This document shows, one piece after another, positions 47,086-57,151 of a stretch of 64,000 nucleotides of DNA. The stretch's first letter is position 1, and every line of letters starts with the position of its first letter. A program made the translations under genes and the position numbers. The stretch covers positions 1 to 64,000 of the forward strand of contig JBFIHX010000003.1 in NCBI GenBank assembly GCA_041601615.1. Reading direction: 5' to 3'. This DNA comes from Thermoplasmatota archaeon. GTDB taxonomy: Archaea; Thermoplasmatota; E2; JACPAO01; JAHFTW01. The notes beneath the pieces were generated by a model that worked only from the letters and a program-made list of their open reading frames with translations, was not told the DNA's origin and made no database searches.

Positions 47086-48162
47086 CTACGCTGCGAGAAT
47101 CCTGCGGCATTCGGCCAAAATCTTGGACTCATCCGGCATATACCAGTGCTCACGCGCCAGCAAGGGCGTGTGGACATCGGGTGCGGCGACGAAGCCGACG
47201 GGGGCTTCGAGGGCGTAGAAGGCGTCGGATTCGTTGATGCGGCGGGTGATTTCGCTGCCCCAGCCACCGGAGCGGGGGGCTTCCTGGACGATGACGACCT
47301 TGCCGGTTTTCTTGACGGAGGCGATGATGGTTTCGCTGTCCATCGGGCTGATGGTTTGCAAGTCGAGGTAGTCGACGCTGACGCCATCGGCTTCCAGTTG
47401 GGCGACGGCCTTGTCGCAGAACCAGCGCATGGCGCCCCAGGTCACGAGCGTGAGGTCGGTGCCTTCCTGGACCACTTCGGTCTTCCTGAGTTCGGCTACT
47501 TCTTCGTCGAGGGGGACGGCTTCACGGTACTTGCGGTACAGGAACTTGGGCTCCATGAAGATCACGGGCTCGTCGCTGCGGATGGCGGCCTTCAGGAGGG
47601 CGCGTGCGTTGCGCGGGGTGCTTGGCATGACCACGGTGAGGCCGGGCGTGTGGGCGTAGTACGCTTCGCGCGACTCGCTGTGGTGTTCTAGGGCGCGGAC
47701 ACCGGCTCCGTAGGGCATGTGGATGACCATGGGGAGTTTGTGGCGGCCGTTGGTGCGCTTGAGGTAGCGGGCCATGTGCGATTCGTAGTGGTGCATCGCG
47801 TTGTAGGCGAAGCCACTGAATTGCATCTCGCCGATGGGGCGGTAGCCGGCGATGGCGAGGCCGGTGGCAGCACCCGCGATGGCCATTTCGCTAATCGGGG
47901 TGTCGAAGACGCGGTCGCGGCCGTATTTGTCAAAGAGGCCGTCGGTGAGGCGGAAGATGCCGCCGTCGCGTCCGACGTCTTCGCCGAGGATCATCACTTT
48001 GGGGTCACGGGCCATTTCTTCGTCGAAGGCCATGTTCATGGCTTCGATGAGGTTCAGTTCGACGGCGCCGGCTTCGTCGCATTCCTTCTGCTTCTTTTCG
48101 TATTGGACCTGCCAGGTGGGCTTGGTGTAGAATGGGTCCTCTTCTGCGTGAACCAAAGCCAT
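47086..48162 (-). CDS. pdhB: 2-oxoacid (pyruvate/branched-chain) dehydrogenase E1 beta
   Basis: GEDVG...GGIFR, FDTPISE, EMQFSGF, EHHSES. Confidence 0.9.
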   Translation of the reverse strand: MALVHAEEDPFYTKPTWQVQYEKKQKECDEAGAVELNLIEAMNMAFDEEMARDPKVMILGEDVGRDGGIFRLTDGLFDKYGRDRVFDTPISEMAIAGAATGLAIAGYRPIGEMQFSGFAYNAMHHYESHMARYLKRTNGRHKLPMVIHMPYGAGVRALEHHSESREAYYAHTPGLTVVMPSTPRNARALLKAAIRSDEPVIFMEPKFLYRKYREAVPLDEEVAELRKTEVVQEGTDLTLVTWGAMRWFCDKAVAQLEADGVSVDYLDLQTISPMDSETIIASVKKTGKVVIVQEAPRSGGWGSEITRRINESDAFYALEAPVGFVAAPDVHTPLLAREHWYMPDESKILAECRRILAA

Positions 48163-49268
48163 TAGTGAGCCCCCTCAGGTAGTCCGTGCTTTTCGAAATG
48201 AGCCAGAAGTTGCTCTTTTTGCCATGTCAAGTAGGGCGGCTCGTCGATGTAGGCGTTCTCGAACATGTAATCGGGAGTGCGGAGGGTTTTGGCCTTGGTC
48301 TCGAAGTCTTCGATGGCCTGGTCGATCTTGGCGTTGATGCGGGCGTCCATTTCTTCTTGCTTCTTGGCGTTCCACCAGCGTTTCTTGGTGAGGTACTTTT
48401 GGACGCGGTCGATGGGGTCTTTCTGGGCCCATTCTTCTTCCAGTGCCTTGGGTCGGTACTTGGAGGGGTCGTCCGCAGTGGTGTGGACGTTCATGCGGAA
48501 GGTCACGGCTTCGATGAGGGTGGGTCCTTCGCCGGCGCGGGCGCGGGCCACGGCGTCGCTTGTGGCTTTGATCATGGCCAGGAGGTCGTTGCCGTCCACT
48601 TGGATGCTGGGGATGCCGTAGGCGACTGCCTTTTGCGCGATGGTTTCGCTGACGGTTTGCCACTTGCGCGGGACGCTGATGGCCCATTGGTTGTTTTGGA
48701 TGACGAAGACGACGGGGGCCTTCAGGACGGCGGCCATGTTGATGGCTTCGTGGAAGTCGCCTTCGCTGGTGCTGCCGTCGCCGCCGTAGGTGATGGCGAT
48801 GTTCTTGGTGCCGTTTTTGACTTCGGCCCAGGCGGTGCCCAGTGCGTGGGTATACTGGGTGCCGATGGGGATGCAGATGGGGAGTACCTTGGCGTCGGGG
48901 GCGATGTTCATGCCCTCTTCGAATCCGGCGGCGTACAGCAGGTCGTCGACGGGGTCGGCGCCGCGGTGGAGGTAGCAGACGGATTCACGGAAGCTGGGGC
49001 AGAGCCAGTCGTCGTTGGTGGTGCAGTAGATGCTGCCTGCTTGGGCGGCTTCTTGGCCGTGGGCGGGGGCGAAGGTGCCAATGCGGCCTTGGCGTTGGAG
49101 CTTGAGGCGGCGGTGGTCCCATTGGCGGCTGAAGCTCATCAGTTCGTAGAGCTGTAGCAGGTCTTCTTTGGGCACCTTGGGGTCGAGTTTCGCGTCGACG
49201 GTGCCGTCGGCTGCGAGGATCGATAGGTGTTGAATCGGGGGTGGCGCGTACGCGGTCGTGATGGGCAT
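48162..49268 (-). CDS. pdhA: 2-oxoacid dehydrogenase E1 alpha
   Basis: QRQGRIG, GQEA, TPP motif GDGSTSEGDFHE...QNNQWAIS, HTTADDP. Confidence 0.9.
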   Translation of the reverse strand: MPITTAYAPPPIQHLSILAADGTVDAKLDPKVPKEDLLQLYELMSFSRQWDHRRLKLQRQGRIGTFAPAHGQEAAQAGSIYCTTNDDWLCPSFRESVCYLHRGADPVDDLLYAAGFEEGMNIAPDAKVLPICIPIGTQYTHALGTAWAEVKNGTKNIAITYGGDGSTSEGDFHEAINMAAVLKAPVVFVIQNNQWAISVPRKWQTVSETIAQKAVAYGIPSIQVDGNDLLAMIKATSDAVARARAGEGPTLIEAVTFRMNVHTTADDPSKYRPKALEEEWAQKDPIDRVQKYLTKKRWWNAKKQEEMDARINAKIDQAIEDFETKAKTLRTPDYMFENAYIDEPPYLTWQKEQLLAHFEKHGLPEGAH

Positions 49269-49440
49269 GAGGAGTGTCCTCCGCGAGGCGGTCGGCCGAG
49301 GGTGTTCGCGGGGGTCCGCGACCTGCCCCAGGCTGTCGGGCGGGCGCCGACACAGCGGGGTCTATTTCAAGCAAACTGGAAGGGGTTGCAGTGGACTCGA
49401 ACATGTTCGAGTTTGACTGTGCGGATGTGTGCAGTGGTGT

Positions 49441-49932
49441 TCAGGTGTCTGTGGCTGGGGGGGAGCGGTAGGCGGTGCAGAGGAGGGCTGCAAACAGGCC
49501 GAGTGCGCCCAGAAGCAGGAGCACGTTGCCGGTGGCGGGGTGGTCCCAGCGCAGGTAGGCGCCAAGTGCTGCGAGGATGCCAGCGGCAAGGGCGGGGCGG
49601 GCCCAGGGCCAGAGCACGAGTGCGGTGCCGAGGTGGACGAGGCTGGGGCCGGTGAGGGCGATTGCGTCGAGGGGGAGTCGGGGGACGACGTTGTGGCCGA
49701 TGAGCGCGGTGGCGGCGCCGGCGACCACGAATGGGAATGCGAGGTAGCCATAGCGGGAGGTGGCGGCCAGGATCATGCCGAGGCCGGAGAGGGTGCCTCC
49801 GAGGGCAAAGAAGATCCAGTAGAATCCTGGTTCGGCGGTGTCTGTGAGTGCGAGGGTGGCGCGGACGGCGACCACGAGCGGGGCCAGCGTCATCATCCAA
49901 AGGCCGGGGGCAAGAAGCCGGGTTCGGTCCAC
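49441..49932 (-). CDS. hypothetical membrane protein
   Basis: About five hydrophobic segments; start uncertain (49932 or 49896). Confidence 0.55.
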   Translation of the reverse strand: MDRTRLLAPGLWMMTLAPLVVAVRATLALTDTAEPGFYWIFFALGGTLSGLGMILAATSRYGYLAFPFVVAGAATALIGHNVVPRLPLDAIALTGPSLVHLGTALVLWPWARPALAAGILAALGAYLRWDHPATGNVLLLLGALGLFAALLCTAYRSPPATDT

Positions 49933-49958
49933 GGTTGGGCGCGAGTCGGACAGGGTCT

Positions 49959-50594
49959 TCAGCTTGCCGTGCCGGTGTCGCTGCGGGCAATACGGTCGAG
50001 GACAAGGCGGGCAAGCTCCTCGTTTTGGCGAAGGGTGGTTTGGTCGGCGCGTTGGCCTTGCCAGACTGTGTCGATCGTGCCGTTGGCGTCGATGAAGAGG
50101 GTGACGGGTTGGTATTCGACTTGCAAGAGTGGCCGAATGTGGTCGTCGGGGTCCCACCATTGGGTACCGGGAGCTTCGGCTGCTTCCTTGCGCATGGCGT
50201 CTTCGAATCGATTTGAGTCGATGCTGACGCTGATGAAGTCCACGCGGTCGCCGTATTCGGAAAAGAGTCGGTGCATGGAGGGTTCTTCGGCCTCGCAAAC
50301 GGCGCACCAGCTGGCCCAGATATGCAACAGCACTGGGCGGCCCTTGTGGTCGGCAAGTGTGACCTCGTTGCCGTCCAAATCTTGGCTTATGTAGGGTGGC
50401 GCGGCTTGCCCTTCGAGTGCATGGCCGGAGCGGCCCAGCGTCTCGGCTGGTGGCATGGGGTCCGAGATTGGATTGGGCTGTGTGCATCCTGAGAGCGCGA
50501 GAACCAAGGCCAAGGTCCAACCAAGGAGGGGCGCCACGATGGGAGCAGCCGAACGCGGGACGGGCACCCTCGAACTTTGCGCTGCGCATCCCAT
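49959..50594 (-). CDS. TlpA/ResA-like thiol-disulfide oxidoreductase lipoprotein
   Basis: WASWCAVC, cis-Pro YQPVT, lipobox LSGC; true start probably further downstream. Confidence 0.85.
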   Translation of the reverse strand: MGCAAQSSRVPVPRSAAPIVAPLLGWTLALVLALSGCTQPNPISDPMPPAETLGRSGHALEGQAAPPYISQDLDGNEVTLADHKGRPVLLHIWASWCAVCEAEEPSMHRLFSEYGDRVDFISVSIDSNRFEDAMRKEAAEAPGTQWWDPDDHIRPLLQVEYQPVTLFIDANGTIDTVWQGQRADQTTLRQNEELARLVLDRIARSDTGTAS

Positions 50595-50801
50595 AATCGT
50601 TGCCCCAACTACGAGGGGTGGGTGCCGACGCCTCGACCAAGTTTGGTCGTTGATGCTGAGGGAAGGCTATATGTTTCGAATCGACGCCGTATTTTTTGTT
50701 TGAGCTGCGGGGGGCGGGTAATGAAATGGCTAGAGGTGCATAATTCGATGATAAGGAAACGTTGCGCCGGTACTAAATTGCCCGCAGATGGTATCGGGCC
50801 G

Positions 50802-51701
50802 ATGAACGCAAAACACTTCATCCTCGCCATGACGCTGATGCTCGTGGGCCTCGGTTCGCCCCTCATCAATGCGTCTCCCCTGACGACTACCTCGGAGTAT
50901 CACGAATACATCCTGAACGACATGGACACGGGACACATTGATGTCATCATCATCCCGTCCGCCAGCCCCTGGGCGCTGCGCGACATCAGCACCATCGAAG
51001 ACGCCCTGCAAGGCTGGGAAGATGGCATCCAAAGCAGCCTCAGTCCTGCCTGGCTCTCCAGCGGCTTCAGCATGGACATTTACACGCTCGGCTACGACGA
51101 CATCCCATCCGATGCCCTCTCGGACCCCGAAATCGTTGTGGTGGCCGCTGAAGTCAACCCCTTCCTGTTGTTCGGCATCGGCTACGGCGTCCCCATCGGC
51201 TTCTGCAGCGCCTTCAACCCTCTGGACCCGAGCATCTGGCAGCAGCACACCGGCAGTGACTGGGCCTACGCCAGCGCCGCCTGCAAGAGCGGTGGCAACC
51301 AGTGCATTGCGCTCAACACCAACTTCCTCCACATGGACGGTCCCTTTGTCACCATCAACGGCGGCAAGGGCGAGCGCCGCATGTACGACCTCGTCGCCCA
51401 CGAAATCGGCCACTGCCTCGGCATTGGTCACGTCGGAGACGCACTGGACTTCAGCACCACGATCTTCCCGAACAAGGACATCATGAGCTACCAGTACAAC
51501 AGCAACCAAGTGTTCTGCGTCAGCAGCCTCAACATCAAGAGCCTGCAAGGAGTCTACGCGGACGCCATCCCCGGCGCCCCCAGCTCCGCGACTCAGCCGC
51601 GCTACACCGGCGGCGAATTCGTCCACCTGCCTGTCGGGGACTACAGCCAAGTATCGTGCAGCAACCCGGACAACCTCAACGATCTTCCGCCCCTCCTCTG
51701 A
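50802..51701 (+). CDS. secreted metzincin zinc metalloprotease, paralog 1 (Sec/SPI subtype)
   Basis: HEIGHCLGIGH plus Met-turn DIMSY. Confidence 0.8.
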   Translation: MNAKHFILAMTLMLVGLGSPLINASPLTTTSEYHEYILNDMDTGHIDVIIIPSASPWALRDISTIEDALQGWEDGIQSSLSPAWLSSGFSMDIYTLGYDDIPSDALSDPEIVVVAAEVNPFLLFGIGYGVPIGFCSAFNPLDPSIWQQHTGSDWAYASAACKSGGNQCIALNTNFLHMDGPFVTINGGKGERRMYDLVAHEIGHCLGIGHVGDALDFSTTIFPNKDIMSYQYNSNQVFCVSSLNIKSLQGVYADAIPGAPSSATQPRYTGGEFVHLPVGDYSQVSCSNPDNLNDLPPLL

Positions 51702-52392
51702 GTCATGGAACACCACTCCCTCACCCTCCTTCTCCCCTTTGCCATCCGCAATTTTTAATGAATTGAGAGATAAAATAACCGGGTAATGATGGGGTTAGTT
51801 ACGATTGACAACAGGGTAAAGCCTCCACCCATCGGCCCTATATCGTCAGTGCATTCTCGACCTTTGATGCAGCCACGAGCCAACATGCTCGCTTCAACCT
51901 TCCACTTGCCCGCAGCCACGACGCTCGCCCATCGGGCCGTGCAACGCGGCTCCAACACTGTCTACGCGTCCAGCGGCAACGCCGACCCCGCGTACAGTCC
52001 CAAGTTCTAACACACTGTCCCTGCCCAGAAACGACGAAAAAACCATCCTGTGGAACGCATCGAACCACCCACTGTTTCCCCCCACGGGCGATGCCTTCCA
52101 GCCTCCACCCCCTTTCCCACCACGGCCGCACCCCTCCCGCGCCGAGGCGATTTGCCTCAGGTTTCCCCCACCGAACCTGGAACGTGCGCCACCGCCACGC
52201 TATGCTCCCAGCGCCGCCTCTCCCATCGGTCCCGTCCCTGATTCTTCATCGAGGCAATCCCGTCCTCCCCCATTCTCCCTCCGGCTCCACCCTCCTCTAA
52301 CCAGTCCCCATTTGGCCGATGGGACGCACCCCATACCTGATATAGAAAGAAACGTCGGACCACACGCCGGGGCCCGCCTCGGAAGGTCCCCG

Positions 52393-53955
52393 ATGCGCTT
52401 CGATGAACTCCCCCTAGACGCCGCCACCCTCGCCGCCCTCGAATCGATGGGCTTTGAGGAAGCCACCCCCGTGCAGGCAGAAACCTTGCCCGCCCTCCTA
52501 GAAGGCCGCGACGTCATCGCCCAGGCGCAGACCGGAACCGGCAAGACCGCCGCCTTCGGCATCCCGCTCGTAGAAGCCGCCCGCAAAGGCCACCGCGGCA
52601 TCGTGCTCACTCCCACGCGAGAACTCGCCAAGCAAGTGCAACGCGAAATGCAAAGCATCGGCAAAGGCAGCCCCTTCGACGTCATCTGCCTCATCGGCGG
52701 CGCAAGCTTCCCGGACCAAGTGCGCGCACTCAACCGCCACCCCAACGCCACCCTCGTAGCCACCCCCGGCCGCGTCGTGGACCACATCGGACGCGGCACC
52801 CTCGACCTCTCTGCCATGGACATCCTTGTTCTGGACGAAGCCGACGAAATGCTCAGCATGGGCTTCCAAGACGAACTCGACCAAATCGTCGCAGCCCTCC
52901 CAGCCGAGCGCCAAACCCTCCTCTTCACCGCAACCCTCCCGCCGGCCATCGAGAAACTCGCCCGCCGAGCCCTCAAGGACCCCGTCACCATTCGCGCCAG
53001 CGGCGGCAGCGGACGCGGCCCCGCCAAGACCGTCCAGCAATGCTTCGCGCTGGTGCGCCACTCCGACCGCCCCGAAGCCGTGCGCCGCATTCTGCTGGCC
53101 GACGAACCCAAAGCCGCCCTCCTGTTTTGCAAGACCCGCGGCCGCGTCGATGACCTCGCCGAAGCCCTACGCGACGCCGGCGCCGAAGCGCTCCACGGCG
53201 GCATGAACCAAGGCCAACGCGACTCCGTCATGCAGCGATTCCGCGACGGCAAAAGCAAGCTCCTAGTCGCCACGGACGTAGCCAGCCGCGGCCTCGACGT
53301 CGAAAACGTGGAACTCGTCATCCACGACGAACCGGCCCAGGACGTAGAAACCTACATTCACCGTGTTGGCCGCACCGGTCGCGCCGGACGCGAAGGCCGC
53401 AGCATCCTCATGCTCGGCCCCGGCGGCATGCGCAAACTCAGCGCCATCCAACACGTCGCCGGACACATCCAAAAAATCGAGATCCCCACCGACGCCGATC
53501 TCTTGGCCATGCGCGCCAACCGACTCGTGGCAGATCTCGCCGAACTGGAACCCGGACCCAATGCCCAGAGCCTCCTCGACCGCGCCCTCGGCGCCGGCAT
53601 GGACTTGCGCGGCGTTGCGCTGCGTGCCCTCGAAATGCTCGTCGCAGTCGCCGCCGAACCCGAATCCGACGCCGCCGACACCGTCGACGACAACGCCACT
53701 GCCGCCCTGTGCCTCAAAGTCGGACTTGTTGACGACCTACGCCCCGGCGACATCGTCGGCATGCTCGCCAACGAAGGCGGCTTGCGAGGCGACCAAGTGG
53801 GCCGCATCGACCTCCTGCCCCGCATGAGCGTCGTCGAAGTCCCCGCCCGCGAAATGCCCCGGTTGCTTGGACAATTGGAACGCACCAAGATGCGCGGCCA
53901 ATGGATTCGACCCCGCGAGGCCGAGGACTGGCGCTTCAAGAACGCCCCCCGCTAG
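52393..53955 (+). CDS. DEAD-box RNA helicase with DbpA-type RNA-binding domain (DeaD/CsdA-like)
   Basis: AQTGTGKT, PTRELA, DEAD, HRVGRTGRAG, LRPGDIVG. Confidence 0.93.
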   Translation: MRFDELPLDAATLAALESMGFEEATPVQAETLPALLEGRDVIAQAQTGTGKTAAFGIPLVEAARKGHRGIVLTPTRELAKQVQREMQSIGKGSPFDVICLIGGASFPDQVRALNRHPNATLVATPGRVVDHIGRGTLDLSAMDILVLDEADEMLSMGFQDELDQIVAALPAERQTLLFTATLPPAIEKLARRALKDPVTIRASGGSGRGPAKTVQQCFALVRHSDRPEAVRRILLADEPKAALLFCKTRGRVDDLAEALRDAGAEALHGGMNQGQRDSVMQRFRDGKSKLLVATDVASRGLDVENVELVIHDEPAQDVETYIHRVGRTGRAGREGRSILMLGPGGMRKLSAIQHVAGHIQKIEIPTDADLLAMRANRLVADLAELEPGPNAQSLLDRALGAGMDLRGVALRALEMLVAVAAEPESDAADTVDDNATAALCLKVGLVDDLRPGDIVGMLANEGGLRGDQVGRIDLLPRMSVVEVPAREMPRLLGQLERTKMRGQWIRPREAEDWRFKNAPR

Positions 53956-54022
53956 GCTCGCGCTCGGTAGGTTCAACGCCCCTACCAGAACGCATTAACC
54001 TTCGCAGTGCGCCGTTGGGTTC

Positions 54023-54955
54023 ATGCGCGCAGTGATCTCCACCCTGCTCATGCTCATCGTGGTCGCCGCTTCCGGCTGCCTCGACGAAGAAACAGGCACC
54101 GACAGCCAAGATGGCACCACGGACCCAACGCAGGACATGGCCGATCCCGGCAGCGAACGCCGCGCCGCGTTTCTAGCCGACCATCCGACGTTCTGTGATG
54201 AAGAAGCCACCTGCGACTTCTGGGACGACGAATACCACCAATACGTCGTCTACAACCTCGACACCACCGTCATCGACGTAGTCATCGTGCCCCCCGCCGG
54301 CGGCAGCACACCCGACAACATCGCCGCAAGCCGCCTCGCCGTGCAAGCCTGGAGCGACGGCATCGAAGCCCAAGGAGCCGCCTGGTTTGCCGACAACTTC
54401 ACCATGAACGTCTACGCAGTCGGCATCGACATTCCCAGCCTCGACGCCATCGAGGACCCCGAAATCGTCGTCCTTTCTACGAGTGCGCAAAAACTCGTCG
54501 GCATCGGACTGGAGCCCAAGCAATTCGGCTGCCAAATCCTGAACCAAGGCGTCGTTGCAGACCTCGGCGGCCACGAGCACAACGGCAACCAAATCTTCGC
54601 CCAAGACTGCACCGGCATCGGCTTTACTTGCTTTGCAATCAACGTCGGAGACCTAAATGGCATTGCACTGCAAGATCTCATCGCACATGAAGTGGGCCAC
54701 TGCCTCGGCGGCGGACACGTCGGGGACGCACTCGACTTCCGAGCCCGCTACGCACCCATCGAGGACATCATGAGCTACCAGGACGACCCCACGCACGTCC
54801 ACTGTGTCAGCAATTTCGACGTGCGCGTGCTTGAAGGCGTCTATGCGCACCTGCTTGACCGCCCCGAGGAAGAATGGCTGCCCCGCGGCTCCTTCCTGCC
54901 CATGGACCCGCTGGAATACGATGCGGGCGAATGCGACAACCCGCCTGGGGTCTAG
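54023..54955 (+). CDS. metzincin zinc metalloprotease lipoprotein, paralog 2
   Basis: Lipobox ASGC; HEVGHCLGGGH, DIMSY. Confidence 0.8.
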   Translation: MRAVISTLLMLIVVAASGCLDEETGTDSQDGTTDPTQDMADPGSERRAAFLADHPTFCDEEATCDFWDDEYHQYVVYNLDTTVIDVVIVPPAGGSTPDNIAASRLAVQAWSDGIEAQGAAWFADNFTMNVYAVGIDIPSLDAIEDPEIVVLSTSAQKLVGIGLEPKQFGCQILNQGVVADLGGHEHNGNQIFAQDCTGIGFTCFAINVGDLNGIALQDLIAHEVGHCLGGGHVGDALDFRARYAPIEDIMSYQDDPTHVHCVSNFDVRVLEGVYAHLLDRPEEEWLPRGSFLPMDPLEYDAGECDNPPGV

Positions 54956-55049
54956 TCGGCCAAACAGCGCGCCTCTTGCCCCCGCGGCCGGGGCAACACT
55001 CCAACACCTCTACCAGAATCCTTTACCTCTTAGCAACGGCGTTGGGATT

Positions 55050-55958
55050 GTGCGAAACTCGCTGACCATGCTCCTCCTACTCCTGGCGCCCTTCCTCTCC
55101 GGTTGTCTTGGAGGAGCCAGCACTCTCGAAGCACTGGACGCGCCACGGGACGCCGAACGAGAGCGCAGCGAATTTCTTGCCAATCATCCCACATTTTGCT
55201 TCCTGCAATCCACCTGCAACTACTGGGACGACATGTACCACGAACGCGTCGTTTACGATCTAGACACCACCGTCCTAGACATTGTCATTGTACCTCCCGT
55301 CAACGCCCCCAATGACCAAACCGGCGCCGCCAGCCGCCTCGCGGTCCAAGCCTGGATGGATGGCATCCGAGCCCTCGGTGCCTCCTGGCTTGCAGACAAC
55401 CTCACCATGAACATCTACGTCGTCGGCGAAGACATCCCAAGCGTCGACGCAATCCCTGACCCCGAAATCATCGTGACTTCCGCAAGCCTCACCCTCACCA
55501 ACGGCATCGGGCTCGAACCCGTACAAGCCGGATGCTACGAGCTAGGCCAACTCGTCGACCAAGAGCTAGGCGGCCACGAGCACAACGGCAACCGCATCTT
55601 TGCCCAGCGCTGCGCGGAAACCAAATTCACCTGCTTTGCCATCAACGTCGGCGAACCCGAAAACATCGCCATGCAAGACCTCATCGCGCACGAAGTCGGC
55701 CACTGCCTCGGCATCGGACACGTCGGCGACGCCCGCGACTTCAAAGCCCGCTACGCCCCGATTGCGGACATCATGAGCTACCAAAACAACCCGGAGCATG
55801 TGCACTGTGTCAGCAACCTCAACGTGCGCACACTCGAAGGCGTCTACGCGCATTTGCTTGGCCGACCCGAATCCGAATGGATGCCTGCACACACCTACTT
55901 GGACATGGACCCGCTCGAATACGATGCGGGCCAATGCGACAACGCGCCTGGCGCCTAG
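55050..55958 (+). CDS. metzincin zinc metalloprotease lipoprotein, paralog 3
   Basis: Lipobox LSGC; HEVGHCLGIGH, DIMSY; closest to paralog 2. Confidence 0.8.
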   Translation: MRNSLTMLLLLLAPFLSGCLGGASTLEALDAPRDAERERSEFLANHPTFCFLQSTCNYWDDMYHERVVYDLDTTVLDIVIVPPVNAPNDQTGAASRLAVQAWMDGIRALGASWLADNLTMNIYVVGEDIPSVDAIPDPEIIVTSASLTLTNGIGLEPVQAGCYELGQLVDQELGGHEHNGNRIFAQRCAETKFTCFAINVGEPENIAMQDLIAHEVGHCLGIGHVGDARDFKARYAPIADIMSYQNNPEHVHCVSNLNVRTLEGVYAHLLGRPESEWMPAHTYLDMDPLEYDAGQCDNAPGA

Positions 55959-55987
55959 CGCAACCGTACGATCGCACGGGCACCCGC

Positions 55988-57151
55988 TTATTTCGCCCCG
56001 ATCCGATTGCGCCAAAACGGCGACGCCGCCCACCGACGCTCCAATCCATAGACGTGATGCCGGTTCTCGCGGTAAGCATCGTATTGTCGATCGACGTATG
56101 AAGCAAAATCCACCGGCACTGGCGCAGATGCCAACCTAGCCGCCACAACGCGCCCCGCAATTAGACCGTGGTTGAGGCCCTTGTAGATGCCTTGGGCCGC
56201 CACAGGATCGAAGCTGGCCGCGGCATCACCAACGGCCATCCAATCCACACCTGCCACCACGGGTAACCGCCCAGTACGGATGGACCGGGTGTGGTACGTT
56301 CGGTCTTCAAGGTCGAGCTGATTAGTGCTGGGTCCCACGAAGGAAGTCTGAGACAAGGCCTCCTCAAACCCCGCATAGTTGCCGGACCGCAGCCTGGGCA
56401 CGAACTCCTTCTCCGTCACCACCATGCTTACCACCCTGCTACTTGGCAGACGTGCATGGTACCACCACCCGTCCCGAGCTGCTTCCAATTGGACCTGCCT
56501 GGTGCCGCTCCCCTCCAAGACCGTGGCGAACCGGACCGTGGCATACAACCAGTCATCGACGACCTTGTGGATGCCCATGGCCTGGGCAAACCGCGCCTCG
56601 GGTCCAGTGGCATCCACCACAAATCGTGCATGGACCAGCTGCGCTTCTGTGCCCGCATGGTCGAGGTTGGTGCCCTGTACGGAGCTCCCACGCGCAAGCC
56701 GCAGAGCATACCCATGGCCCCCCAAGGGCTGACTCCGTTCCTCGATGCCTTGGAAACGAGTGGACCACGCCACCTGCACCCCGAGCGCTTGCGCCCGATC
56801 CAGCAGCATAGCATCGAATAGCCGCCGGTCGAGCCGCCAGGACGGCCCAAGCGGATTGACGATGAAGTCGTTGTACCCCACGCGGTCGCTGCCCCACATA
56901 GAAGCGTATCCGGGACAAGGCTCGTGGGTGGAGTTTCGAAACGCCTCAAGCACACCCAATCGATCCAGAGGTAGGACCACGTCAGGAGGGCAACTTTCGC
57001 CCATGCGTTCTTGTTCACGGGGCCCGGCGTCCACGACGAGAACAGACGCATTGGTCTCTTGGCGCACAGATATGGCGGTTGCAAGGCCGGCGGGGCCACC
57101 ACCAAGAACGACCACGTCGTACTTGGAGTTCAAGCTCGGTGGACCGGACAC
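55988..57151 (-). CDS. lodB: LodB/GoxB-like FAD-dependent CTQ maturation flavoprotein
   Basis: VVVLGGGPAG, GESCPP, LDRRLFD, VDATG, GWWY, VGDAAASFDPVAAQGI; directly downstream of lodA. Confidence 0.82.
   Translation of the reverse strand: MSGPPSLNSKYDVVVLGGGPAGLATAISVRQETNASVLVVDAGPREQERMGESCPPDVVLPLDRLGVLEAFRNSTHEPCPGYASMWGSDRVGYNDFIVNPLGPSWRLDRRLFDAMLLDRAQALGVQVAWSTRFQGIEERSQPLGGHGYALRLARGSSVQGTNLDHAGTEAQLVHARFVVDATGPEARFAQAMGIHKVVDDWLYATVRFATVLEGSGTRQVQLEAARDGWWYHARLPSSRVVSMVVTEKEFVPRLRSGNYAGFEEALSQTSFVGPSTNQLDLEDRTYHTRSIRTGRLPVVAGVDWMAVGDAAASFDPVAAQGIYKGLNHGLIAGRVVAARLASAPVPVDFASYVDRQYDAYRENRHHVYGLERRWAASPFWRNRIGAK

Noticed and set aside
51786-52300. Short ORFs or an ncRNA upstream of the DEAD-box helicase
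   Set aside because: No recognisable motif, signal peptide or convincing structure
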